A stretch of 64,000 bases of DNA from Escherichia phage vB_Eco_F25. The stretch is from sequence record OP870144.1. One strand, 5' to 3'. Both the position numbers and the translations under genes were made by a program. The stretch's first letter is position 1. Each line of letters starts with the position of its first letter. Of the stretch, positions 42,250 to 50,924 are shown piece by piece. Under the pieces are notes generated by a model. The model had not been told where the DNA came from and did not search any database. It saw only the letters and a list, made by a program, of their open reading frames with translations.

Positions 42250-42312
42250 TTTATTTCCTTTTTAATTTAATTTAATTAACAGTTGGTGCTATGACACTTT
42301 ACCTCATAGCTG
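42250..42312 (-). promoter_or_regulatory. Gene 32 mRNA translational operator (autoregulatory leader)
   Basis: Minus strand reads GCTATGAGGTAAAGTGTCATAGCACCAACTGTTAATTAAATTAAATTAAAAAGGAAATAAAATG: pseudoknot-forming segment followed by UUAAA repeats, as described for T4 gene 32. Confidence 0.7.
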
Positions 42313-42936
42313 GCATAATTCGCAATACTCTGGGTCTTCGAGAGGTATCCAACCTGAGTTGAAATACTTTACCATCGATTTAGCAGTTGTATCAGTTATA
42401 TTTATATTACCTTTAACTCTTCGCCATCCGGGAGTTTTACCGTACAGATTAGAGGATAATAATAACACATAATTCTCGTAAGCAATATGAGATAATTTCC
42501 AAGACTCTATATTAGCTCGTGATGTTTTCCAAGGTCTAAAATCGTCACGGTTCATATAATTAGCCAATCTCATATGCTCTCTAACTTCCGGGTCTTTTGC
42601 TGGATGAGTTTCACCACTCACACCAAATCCACCACCAGCATATACCAGATTAAAATAGTCTGGATTATCTCTGGCATTTACTTCAAGTTGGTATTTTCGT
42701 TCTGCTTCAATAACATCCAAGTCATCATCAATTTGAATTATTTTAACGCTCGGTTTTTGAAGCATTAGCGCATTCAAAAATCTTTTTTGTTTACATGAGC
42801 TCCAGTATTCCTTTCCGGAAGAGTCATATATTATTCCGTTCTCAAATGAGCAATTTAATTTACTACCGATATAGTAGTATGGCGGAGTCTTATTTTTGAC
42901 ACGGTCTTCAAATGTAAACCAATATACTATATTCAT
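42304..42936 (-). CDS. segG: GIY-YIG-like homing endonuclease (SegG-like; T4 32.1 position)
   Basis: 210-aa ORF between genes 59 and 32; N-terminal IVYWF…YYYIGSK resembles a GIY-(10 to 11)-YIG motif. Confidence 0.6.
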   Translation of the reverse strand: MNIVYWFTFEDRVKNKTPPYYYIGSKLNCSFENGIIYDSSGKEYWSSCKQKRFLNALMLQKPSVKIIQIDDDLDVIEAERKYQLEVNARDNPDYFNLVYAGGGFGVSGETHPAKDPEVREHMRLANYMNRDDFRPWKTSRANIESWKLSHIAYENYVLLLSSNLYGKTPGWRRVKGNINITDTTAKSMVKYFNSGWIPLEDPEYCELCQL

Positions 42937-42937
42937 A

Positions 42938-43591
42938 TCAATACTTACAAGATTTCACAGTTTCAATGAAAACATTTTTAGCTTTCTGTGAATCAATATT
43001 TAAAATTTTTCTATAAGCCTTTAACTTTATAGAATAATTATTCCAGACTAAATTATCAGTCTGTTCATCGTGTTTATCAATTATATTTAAAAACGAATCA
43101 AGCAAGATAAACGTTTCAAACGAAATTATATTCGATTGAAGTAGTTTAAAAATATAACTTGATTGAACTTTTGGATTATACTCAAAGATTTCTTTAAAAG
43201 CAGAAACTTCAACTTTCTTACTAAAATAATAAATGTTGCGAATATCTTCTTCAAACTTAAATTTAATTTGCTTTAAGCGTCCGATATATTCACGATAAAA
43301 CACAAGTGCATCAGCGTCAGAGATGTCGCCAATCCAAGCATCCTGGTTAGCAACAAGATTGCTTATAAAGATTAAAGCAAGTTCCTTTAATTTATATTTT
43401 TCTGATAACTTCTGGAAAAAATACTTATCCCTTCGCTTTTGATAAGCGGCATCAGACACCCGCATGCACCAATTATACTTAATAACATCATACTTTCCAT
43501 TCATATGTTGTTTTATCATTAAGTATAATTTATAAACTGATTTACCATCAATGTATCTTTCACCACCAGCAGGCATGCGGAGTTTAATCAT
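42938..43591 (-). CDS. 59: Helicase loader gp59
   Basis: 217-aa ORF (T4 gp59 length); recognised sequence MIKLRMPAGGERYIDGKSVYKLYLMIKQHMNGKYD…. Confidence 0.93.
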   Translation of the reverse strand: MIKLRMPAGGERYIDGKSVYKLYLMIKQHMNGKYDVIKYNWCMRVSDAAYQKRRDKYFFQKLSEKYKLKELALIFISNLVANQDAWIGDISDADALVFYREYIGRLKQIKFKFEEDIRNIYYFSKKVEVSAFKEIFEYNPKVQSSYIFKLLQSNIISFETFILLDSFLNIIDKHDEQTDNLVWNNYSIKLKAYRKILNIDSQKAKNVFIETVKSCKY

Positions 43592-43926
43592 AGTAGAAAA
43601 TCTAATGTATTAGTTTTTTCACAACGAACAACAGAAGGACGTAAAAGATTTTCGTCAATAGCTTCTGACTGAATTTTTTCAATTATACCCGAAGGAATAA
43701 ATTTAGCAAATTGAGTTTCAGGAATAGAATTTTCTTCCAAGAATGCTGTCGTAGCTTCAAGATAACTCATTCCAAACTCTTCTACCATTTTTTCAATAAT
43801 AAATCCATTTTCTTGACGATCAAGAAGCTTTGCTATTTCATCCTTTTCTTTCTTAATTGAAAGTTCTTTTTCTGAAAGACCGGTCTCATCGACCGGACGA
43901 ATGTCATTTAGAGAAAACTGTGTCAT
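43588..43926 (-). CDS. 33: Late transcription co-activator gp33
   Basis: 112-aa protein from ATG 43926 (MTQFSLNDIRPVDETGLSEKELS…); the track ORF has 3 extra N-terminal codons. Confidence 0.88.
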   Translation of the reverse strand: MTQFSLNDIRPVDETGLSEKELSIKKEKDEIAKLLDRQENGFIIEKMVEEFGMSYLEATTAFLEENSIPETQFAKFIPSGIIEKIQSEAIDENLLRPSVVRCEKTNTLDFLL

Positions 43927-44173
43927 AAAGTTCAACTACCTCTTCAGTTTCAGCTTCAAACACATCACGGTTATCTTTATGATACAAAGCTAATAGACGA
44001 TTAAACATCTTACCATCAACGCCAAGTTCATCTTTGGCACGAATTCGAATATCTTTAATCAGTTCATTATAACCGGAAATTTTCAGTTTATGATCAGATG
44101 CTTCTTTAATAAATTTAGCCAAGTCTTCGCCATGGATAGCTTCATCAAATTCAACCATTTCTTTTTTAGCCAT
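43904..44173 (-). CDS. dsbA: DsbA double-stranded DNA-binding protein
   Basis: 89-aa ORF (T4 DsbA length) upstream of and overlapping gene 33. Confidence 0.85.
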   Translation of the reverse strand: MAKKEMVEFDEAIHGEDLAKFIKEASDHKLKISGYNELIKDIRIRAKDELGVDGKMFNRLLALYHKDNRDVFEAETEEVVELYDTVFSK

Positions 44174-44181
44174 TATTCACC

Positions 44182-45099
44182 TCAAAATTCATTAATGCTA
44201 TTAGTTAATTTAGAAAGACCCGCTTTTACAAAATATGAATAAATTTTGCCACGCGGTGGTAATTTATATGAATTATAGTAATTCACAATGTTTGAAGCAA
44301 TATTATCAGGAATATAATCAAAATCAATTAGAACTAAATTTTCTTTGTATCGATTATATTCAGATTCGGTGAGAAGCACCTTAGCTTGCTCACGGTCATT
44401 AGCAATAGCTTCAACGATTGAAGTTTTCATTGAAGGAGTTCGTTCACCTTCAACTCTGGTAAACCAAAAGTCAGATCGTACTTTAACTGAAGCGACGTTA
44501 TCCTTTTTGTCGCCTTTAAGGATTTTAGTCATACAGTCAATTTCAGCAGAACCGCTTTTAATTTTAACCCATTTCTTGTGCATCGGTGACCATTGCTTAA
44601 CATTTGGGTATTTGTGAAGTTGAGTAAAGTCACCATCCGATGAAATGATTAAAATCTTATGTCCTTCTAAAGAGAACTTTTTAACAAGAACAGCAATATG
44701 GTCATCTGCTTCATACTTATCAATATCCATAACAATGTATGGCATATAAGCTTTCAATTCATCTATAACTTTATGGCTGGATTCAAAATAACCTTCCCAG
44801 TCCCAAGTAGATTCTTCTCGTGCTTTTCCACGGTTTTTCTTATAGTAATAAGCAAAATCACGACGCCAGTATCCAGATTTCGCGTTATCGATACACAGTA
44901 CAATTTTAGTGTATCCAAGAGTTTTTGCTTTTTTGACATTAAACTTAATTGAGTTCAATATCAAATGACGAACCATTGATAAATTAATTTTTTCTTTATC
45001 TGGAAAGTTTACTAAAGCAGTCGAAAGTGCAATTTGACTAAAGTCAATTAAGCAAATTCCTTCTTTGTAATCTTCATCCAGCATCATTTCTAAATCCAT
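44182..45099 (-). CDS. rnh: RNase H (5'-3' exonuclease, FEN-1 family)
   Basis: 305-aa protein from ATG 45099 (MDLEMMLDEDYKEGICLIDFSQIAL…) with GAGG RBS; recognised as T4 RNase H. Confidence 0.93.
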   Translation of the reverse strand: MDLEMMLDEDYKEGICLIDFSQIALSTALVNFPDKEKINLSMVRHLILNSIKFNVKKAKTLGYTKIVLCIDNAKSGYWRRDFAYYYKKNRGKAREESTWDWEGYFESSHKVIDELKAYMPYIVMDIDKYEADDHIAVLVKKFSLEGHKILIISSDGDFTQLHKYPNVKQWSPMHKKWVKIKSGSAEIDCMTKILKGDKKDNVASVKVRSDFWFTRVEGERTPSMKTSIVEAIANDREQAKVLLTESEYNRYKENLVLIDFDYIPDNIASNIVNYYNSYKLPPRGKIYSYFVKAGLSKLTNSINEF

Positions 45100-45161
45100 A
45101 TGAACCTCGTTCAATTAGTGAGATTTCTATTATATACCATCCAAATCTTAAAGTAAACAAG

Positions 45162-45169
45162 TATAAATA
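45162..45169 (+). promoter_or_regulatory. Late promoter (TATAAATA) for gene 34
   Basis: Exact TATAAATA 35 nt upstream of the gene 34 ATG. Confidence 0.65.
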
Positions 45170-45203
45170 CTTATTATTGAAAACACAATAGGAGCCCGGG
45201 AGA

Positions 45204-48200
45204 ATGGCCGAGATTAAAAGAAAGTTCAGAGCAGAAGACGGTCTGGACGCAGGTGGTGATAAAATAATCAACGTAGCTTTAGCTGATCGTACCGTAGGAA
45301 CTGACGGTGTAAACGTTGATTACTTAATTCAAGAAAACACAGTTCAACAATATGATCCAACTCGTGGATATTTAAAAGATTTTGTAATCATTTATGATAA
45401 CCGCTTTTGGGCTGCAATAAATGATATTCCAAAACCAGCAGGAGCTTTTAATAGCGTACGATGGAGAGCGTTACGCACTGATGCAAACTGGACAACTGTT
45501 TCGTCAGGACCTTATCAATTAAAATCAGGCGAATCGATTTCAGTTAACACCGCAGCGGGTAATGACATTACATTTACTTTGCCATCTTCTCCAATTGATG
45601 GTGATACTATCGTTCTCCAAGATATTGGAGGAAAACCTGGAGTTAACCAGGTTTTAATTACAGCTCCGGTACAAAGCATTGTAAACTTTAGAGGTCAACA
45701 AGTACGCTCAGTACTAATGACTCATCCAAAATCACAGATAGTTTTAATTTTTAGTAATCGTCTGTGGCAAATGTATGTTGCTGATTATAGCAGAGAAGCG
45801 GCAGTTGTAACGCCAGCGAGTCTTTATCAAGCGCAATCAAACGATTTTATCGTGCGTAGATTTACTTCTGCTTCAGCAATTAATATTAAACTTCCTAGAT
45901 TTGCTAATCATGGGGATATTATTAATTTTGTTGATTTAGATAAATTAAATCCGTTATATCATACTATCGTTACTACATACGATGAAACGACTTCAGTACA
46001 AGAAGTTGGAACTCATTCCATTGAAGGCCGTACATCTATTGATGGTTTCTTAATGTTTGATGATAATGAGAAATTGTGGAGATTATTTGACGGGGATAGT
46101 AAAGCACGTTTACGCATTATAACAACTAATTCAAACATCCGTCCAAATGAAGAAGTCATGGTATTTGGCGCGAATAATGGAACAACTCAAACGATTGAAC
46201 TTCAGCTTCCAACTGATATTTCTATCGGTGATACTGTTAAGATTTCCATGAATTACATGAGAAAAGGACAAACAGTTAAAATCAAAGCTGCCGGTGAAGA
46301 TAAAATTGCTTCTTCAGTTCAATTGTTGCAATTTCCAAAACGTTCAGAATACCCACCTGAAACTAAATGGGTGACTGTTCAAGAATTAGTTTTTAATGGC
46401 GAAACCAATTATGTTCCAGTTTTACAGCTTGCTTATATCGAAGATTCCGATGGAAAATATTGGGTTGTACAGCAAAACGTTCCAACTGTAGAAAGAGTAG
46501 ACTCTTTAAATAATTCTACTAGAGCAAGATTAGGTGTAATTGCATTAGCTACACAGGCTCAAGCTAATGCAGATTTAGAAAATTCTCCACAAAAAGAATT
46601 GGCAATTACTCCAGAAACGTTAGCTAATCGTACTGCTACAGAAACTCGTAGAGGTATTGCAAGAATAGCAACAACTGCGCAAGTAAACCAGGATACCACA
46701 TTCTCTTTTGCAGATGACCTTATCATCACTCCTAAAAAGTTGAATGAAAGAACTGCTACAGAAACTCGCAGAGGTGTCGCAGAAATTGCTACGCAACAGG
46801 AAACTAATACAGGTACTGATGATACTACAATCATTACTCCTAAAAAGCTTCAAGCTCGCCAAGGTTCTGAATCATTATCTGGTATTGTAACTTTTGTATC
46901 TACTGCAGGTGCTACTCCGGCTTCTAGCCGTGAATTAAATGGTACGAATGTTTATAATAAAAACACTAATAACTTAGTTGTTTCACCTAAAGCCTTGGAT
47001 CAGTATAAAGCTACTCCAACACAGCAAGGTGCGGTAATTTTAGCAGTTGAAAGTGAAGTAATTGCTGGACAAAGTCAAGAAGGATGGGCAAATGCGGTTG
47101 TAACGCCAGAAACGTTACATAAAAAGACATCAACTGATGGAAGAATTGGTTTAATTGAAATTGCTACTCAAAGTGAAGTTAATACAGGAACTGATTATAC
47201 TCGTGCAGTCACTCCTAAAACTTTAAATGACCGTAGAGCAACTGAAAGTTTAAGTGGTATAGCTGAAATTGCTACACAAGTTGAATTCGACGCAGGCGTC
47301 GACGATACTCGTATCTCTACACCATTAAAAATTAAAACTAGATTTAATAGTACTGATCGTACTTCTGTTGTTGCTCTATCTGGATTAGTTGAATCAGGAA
47401 CTCTCTGGGACCATTATACCCTTAATATTCTTGAAGCAAATGAGACACAACGTGGTACACTTCGTGTGGCTACACAAGTTGAAGCTGCTGCTGGAAAATT
47501 AGATAATGTTTTAATAACTCCTAAAAAGCTTTTAGGTACTAAATCTACCGAATCACAAGAAGGTGTTATTAAAGTTGCAACTCAGTCTGAAACTGTGGCT
47601 GGAACGTCAGCGAACACTGCTGTATCTCCAAAAAATTTAAAATGGATTGTACAGAGTGAACCTACCTGGGCAGCTACTACTGCGATAAGAGGTTTTGTTA
47701 AAACTTCATCTGGTTCAATTACATTTGTCGGTAATGATACAGTCGGTTCTACCCAAGATTTAGAACTGTATGAGAAAAATAGCTATGCAGTATCACCATA
47801 CGAATTAAACCGTGTATTAGCAAATTATTTGCCATTAAAAGCAAAAGCTGCAGATAGTAATTTATTGGATGGTCTAGATTCATCTCAGTTCATTCGTAGG
47901 GATATTGCGCAGACGGTTAATGGTTCACTAACCTTAACTCAACAAACGAATCTGAGTGCCCCTCTTGTATCATCTAGTACTGCTACGTTCGGTGGATCAG
48001 TTTCAGCAAATAGTACATTAACTATTTCTAATACTGGAACAGCAACTCGATTGATTTTTGAGAAAGGACCTCAAACTGGAACAAACCCAGCCCAAACGAT
48101 GACTGTTAGAGTGTGGGGAAATCAATTTAGTGGGGAATTAGATACAACGCGTTCTACCGTATTTGAAGTTAGTGATGAAACATCTAGTCATTTTTATTCT

Positions 48201-49073
48201 CAGCGCAATAAAGCCGGAAATATAACATTTAATATCAACGGTACAGTAACACCGATAAATGTTAATGCTTCAGGAACATTGAATGCAAATGGAGTAGCAA
48301 CATTTGGTAATTCAGTCACTGCAACTGGTGAAATTATTTCTCGAAGCGCAAATGCTTTCCGTGCTATTAACGGAAATTATGGTTTCATTGTTCGCAATGA
48401 TGGATCAGTAACGAATTTTATGCTTACTGCATCGGGTGATCAGACTGGTGGATTTAATGGATTACGTCCTTTGGCTATTAATAATGCATCTGGTCAAGTA
48501 ACGATTGGTGAAAGCTTAATCATCGCCAAAGGTGCTACTATAAATTCTGGTGGTTTAACTGTTAATTCGAGAATTCGTTCTCAAGGTACTAAAACTTCTG
48601 ATTTATATACCCGTGCGCCAACATCTGATACTGTAGGATTCTGGTCAATTGATATTAATGATTCAGCTACTTATAACCAGTTCCCAGGTTATTTTAAAAT
48701 GGTTGAAAAAACTAATGAAGTGACTGGTCTTCCATATTTAGAACGTGGCGAAGAAGTTAAATCTCCTGGTACATTGACTCAGTTTGGTAACACACTTGAT
48801 TCGCTTTACCAAGATTGGATTACTTATCCAACAACTCCAGAAGCGCGTACCACTCGTTGGACCCGCACATGGCAGAAAACCAAAAATTCTTGGTCAAGTT
48901 TTGTTCAGGTATTTGATGGAGGTAACCCTCCTCAACCGTCTGATATCGGTGCTTTACCATCTGATAATGCTACAATGGGTAATCTTACTATTCGTGATTT
49001 CTTACGAATTGGTAATGTTCGCATTATTCCTGACCCAGTGAATAAAACTGTTAAATTTGAATGGGTTGAATAA
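45204..49073 (+). CDS. 34: Long tail fibre proximal subunit gp34
   Basis: 1289-aa ORF (T4 gp34 length) with late promoter at 45162-45169; internal tandem repeats (ATETRRG-type motifs). Confidence 0.95.
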   Translation: MAEIKRKFRAEDGLDAGGDKIINVALADRTVGTDGVNVDYLIQENTVQQYDPTRGYLKDFVIIYDNRFWAAINDIPKPAGAFNSVRWRALRTDANWTTVSSGPYQLKSGESISVNTAAGNDITFTLPSSPIDGDTIVLQDIGGKPGVNQVLITAPVQSIVNFRGQQVRSVLMTHPKSQIVLIFSNRLWQMYVADYSREAAVVTPASLYQAQSNDFIVRRFTSASAINIKLPRFANHGDIINFVDLDKLNPLYHTIVTTYDETTSVQEVGTHSIEGRTSIDGFLMFDDNEKLWRLFDGDSKARLRIITTNSNIRPNEEVMVFGANNGTTQTIELQLPTDISIGDTVKISMNYMRKGQTVKIKAAGEDKIASSVQLLQFPKRSEYPPETKWVTVQELVFNGETNYVPVLQLAYIEDSDGKYWVVQQNVPTVERVDSLNNSTRARLGVIALATQAQANADLENSPQKELAITPETLANRTATETRRGIARIATTAQVNQDTTFSFADDLIITPKKLNERTATETRRGVAEIATQQETNTGTDDTTIITPKKLQARQGSESLSGIVTFVSTAGATPASSRELNGTNVYNKNTNNLVVSPKALDQYKATPTQQGAVILAVESEVIAGQSQEGWANAVVTPETLHKKTSTDGRIGLIEIATQSEVNTGTDYTRAVTPKTLNDRRATESLSGIAEIATQVEFDAGVDDTRISTPLKIKTRFNSTDRTSVVALSGLVESGTLWDHYTLNILEANETQRGTLRVATQVEAAAGKLDNVLITPKKLLGTKSTESQEGVIKVATQSETVAGTSANTAVSPKNLKWIVQSEPTWAATTAIRGFVKTSSGSITFVGNDTVGSTQDLELYEKNSYAVSPYELNRVLANYLPLKAKAADSNLLDGLDSSQFIRRDIAQTVNGSLTLTQQTNLSAPLVSSSTATFGGSVSANSTLTISNTGTATRLIFEKGPQTGTNPAQTMTVRVWGNQFSGELDTTRSTVFEVSDETSSHFYSQRNKAGNITFNINGTVTPINVNASGTLNANGVATFGNSVTATGEIISRSANAFRAINGNYGFIVRNDGSVTNFMLTASGDQTGGFNGLRPLAINNASGQVTIGESLIIAKGATINSGGLTVNSRIRSQGTKTSDLYTRAPTSDTVGFWSIDINDSATYNQFPGYFKMVEKTNEVTGLPYLERGEEVKSPGTLTQFGNTLDSLYQDWITYPTTPEARTTRWTRTWQKTKNSWSSFVQVFDGGNPPQPSDIGALPSDNATMGNLTIRDFLRIGNVRIIPDPVNKTVKFEWVE

Positions 49074-49081
49074 GAGGTATT

Positions 49082-50197
49082 ATGGAAAAATTTATGGCAG
49101 AGTTTGGACAAGGATATGTCCAAACGCCATTTTTATCGGAAAGTAATTCAGTAAGATATAAAATAAGTATAGCGGGTTCTTGCCCGCTTTCTACCGCAGG
49201 GCCTTATGTTAAATTTCAAGATAATCCTGTAGGAAGTCAAACATTTAGTGCAGGTCTTCATTTAAGAGTTTTTGACCCTTCCACGGGAGCATTGGTTGAT
49301 AGTAAGTCATATGTTTTTTCTACTTCAAATGATACAACATCTGCTGCTTTTGTTAGTTTCATGAATTCTTTTTCAAGCAATAGACTTGTTGCCATATTAA
49401 CTAGCGGAAAGGTTAATTTTCCTCCTGAAGTAGTATCTTGGTTAAGAACGGCAGGAACATCTGCTTTTCCATCTGATTCTTTATTGTCAAGATTTGACGT
49501 ATCATATGCTGCCTTTTACACTTCTTCTAAAAGAGCTATCGCACTAGAGCATGTTAAACTGAGTAACAGAAAAAGCACAGATGACTATCAAACTATATTA
49601 GACGTAGTATTTGATAGTTTAGAAGATGTTGGAGCGACAGGATTTCCTAAAAGAACATATGAAAGCGTTGAGCAATTTATGTCAGCTGTTGGTGGAACTA
49701 ATAACGAAATTGCACGTCTACCTACAGCATCTGCAATAAGTAAACTTTCTGACTATAATTTAATTCCTGGAGATGTTCTTTATCTTAAAGCACAACTATA
49801 TGCTGATGCTGATTTATTAGCGTTGGGAACTACTAATATTTCAATTCGTTTTTATAATGCGTCGAATGGATATATTTCCTCTACCCAAGCTGAGTTTACT
49901 GGGCAAGCTGGGTCTTGGGAGTTAAAGGAAGATTATGTAGTTGTTCCTGAAAATGCAGTAGGATTTACGATATACGCACAGAGAACTGCACAAGCGGGTC
50001 AAGGTGGTATGAGAAATTTAAGCTTTTCTGAAGTGTCAAGAAATGGTGGCATTTCAAAACCTGCTGAATTTGGCGTTAATGGCATTCGAGTTAATTATAT
50101 CTGCGAATCTGCTTCACCTCCGGATATAATGGTACTTCCTACACAAGCATCGTCTAAAACTGGTAAAGTGTTTGGGCAAGAATTTAGAGAAGTTTAA
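49082..50197 (+). CDS. 35: Long tail fibre hinge connector gp35
   Basis: 371-aa ORF between genes 34 and 36; terminator hairpin downstream. Confidence 0.92.
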   Translation: MEKFMAEFGQGYVQTPFLSESNSVRYKISIAGSCPLSTAGPYVKFQDNPVGSQTFSAGLHLRVFDPSTGALVDSKSYVFSTSNDTTSAAFVSFMNSFSSNRLVAILTSGKVNFPPEVVSWLRTAGTSAFPSDSLLSRFDVSYAAFYTSSKRAIALEHVKLSNRKSTDDYQTILDVVFDSLEDVGATGFPKRTYESVEQFMSAVGGTNNEIARLPTASAISKLSDYNLIPGDVLYLKAQLYADADLLALGTTNISIRFYNASNGYISSTQAEFTGQAGSWELKEDYVVVPENAVGFTIYAQRTAQAGQGGMRNLSFSEVSRNGGISKPAEFGVNGIRVNYICESASPPDIMVLPTQASSKTGKVFGQEFREV

Positions 50198-50202
50198 ATT
50201 GA

Positions 50203-50229
50203 GGGAGCCTTCGGGCTCCCTTTTTCTTT
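50203..50229 (+). terminator. Terminator after gene 35
   Basis: Hairpin GGGAGCC-TTCG-GGCTCCC followed by TTTTTCTTT. Confidence 0.7.
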
Positions 50230-50236
50230 ATAAATA
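50229..50236 (+). promoter_or_regulatory. Late promoter (TATAAATA) for gene 36
   Basis: Exact TATAAATA 24 nt upstream of the gene 36 ATG, after the gene 35 terminator. Confidence 0.65.
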
Positions 50237-50259
50237 CTATTAAAATAAAGGGGCATACA

Positions 50260-50916
50260 ATGGCTGATTTAAAAGTAGGTTCAACAACTGGAGGCTCTGT
50301 CATTTGGCATCAAGGAAATTTTCCATTGAATCCAGCCGGTGACGATGTACTCTATAAATCATTTAAAATATATTCAGAATATAATAAACCACAAGCTGCT
50401 GATAACGATTTCGTTTCTAAAGCTAATGGTGGTACATATTTAAATAAAGTAATTTTTAATAAAGGAATGACTGTTCCTGGTGCTGGGTCAGGTGACAACG
50501 GTATTTTTGCCGGTCCTGGTGATAATGCTACATATGATACTACAAATATGGATATTGTTTCATGGTATGGTATCGGCTTTAAATCATCACAAGGGGCAGC
50601 AGGTAGAACTGTAGTAATTAACACACGAAACGGAGATATTAGCTCAAAGGGTGTAATTGAAGCATCACAAATACGCGCAACTTCGTTATCACCAGTAAAT
50701 AATTATGACCTTACGAGAAAAGATTATGTTGATGGAGCAATAAATATTGTTACAACAAATGCAAACTCTAGAGTATTACGCTCTGGAGACACTATGATAG
50801 GAAATTTAACTGCGCCAAACCTTTTTTCACAGAATCCTGCATCTCAACCCTCGCATGTTCCGCGATTTGACCAAATCGTAATTAAGGATTCTGTTCAAGA
50901 TTTCGGCTATTATTAA
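50260..50916 (+). CDS. 36: Long tail fibre distal connector gp36
   Basis: 218-aa ORF with TATAAATA late promoter at 50229-50236. Confidence 0.92.
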   Translation: MADLKVGSTTGGSVIWHQGNFPLNPAGDDVLYKSFKIYSEYNKPQAADNDFVSKANGGTYLNKVIFNKGMTVPGAGSGDNGIFAGPGDNATYDTTNMDIVSWYGIGFKSSQGAAGRTVVINTRNGDISSKGVIEASQIRATSLSPVNNYDLTRKDYVDGAINIVTTNANSRVLRSGDTMIGNLTAPNLFSQNPASQPSHVPRFDQIVIKDSVQDFGYY

Positions 50917-50924
50917 GAGGACTT

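Noticed and set aside
40975-42270. Plus-strand track ORFs (87, 159 and 70 aa) overlapping gene 32 and its neighbours
   Set aside because: Antisense to gp32 and the early-gene block; Phe/Ile/Asn-rich artefactual frames
46559-46862. Minus-strand track ORFs (91 aa and 80 aa) inside gene 34
   Set aside because: Antisense to the tail fibre gene within its repeat region; a repeat-generated open frame
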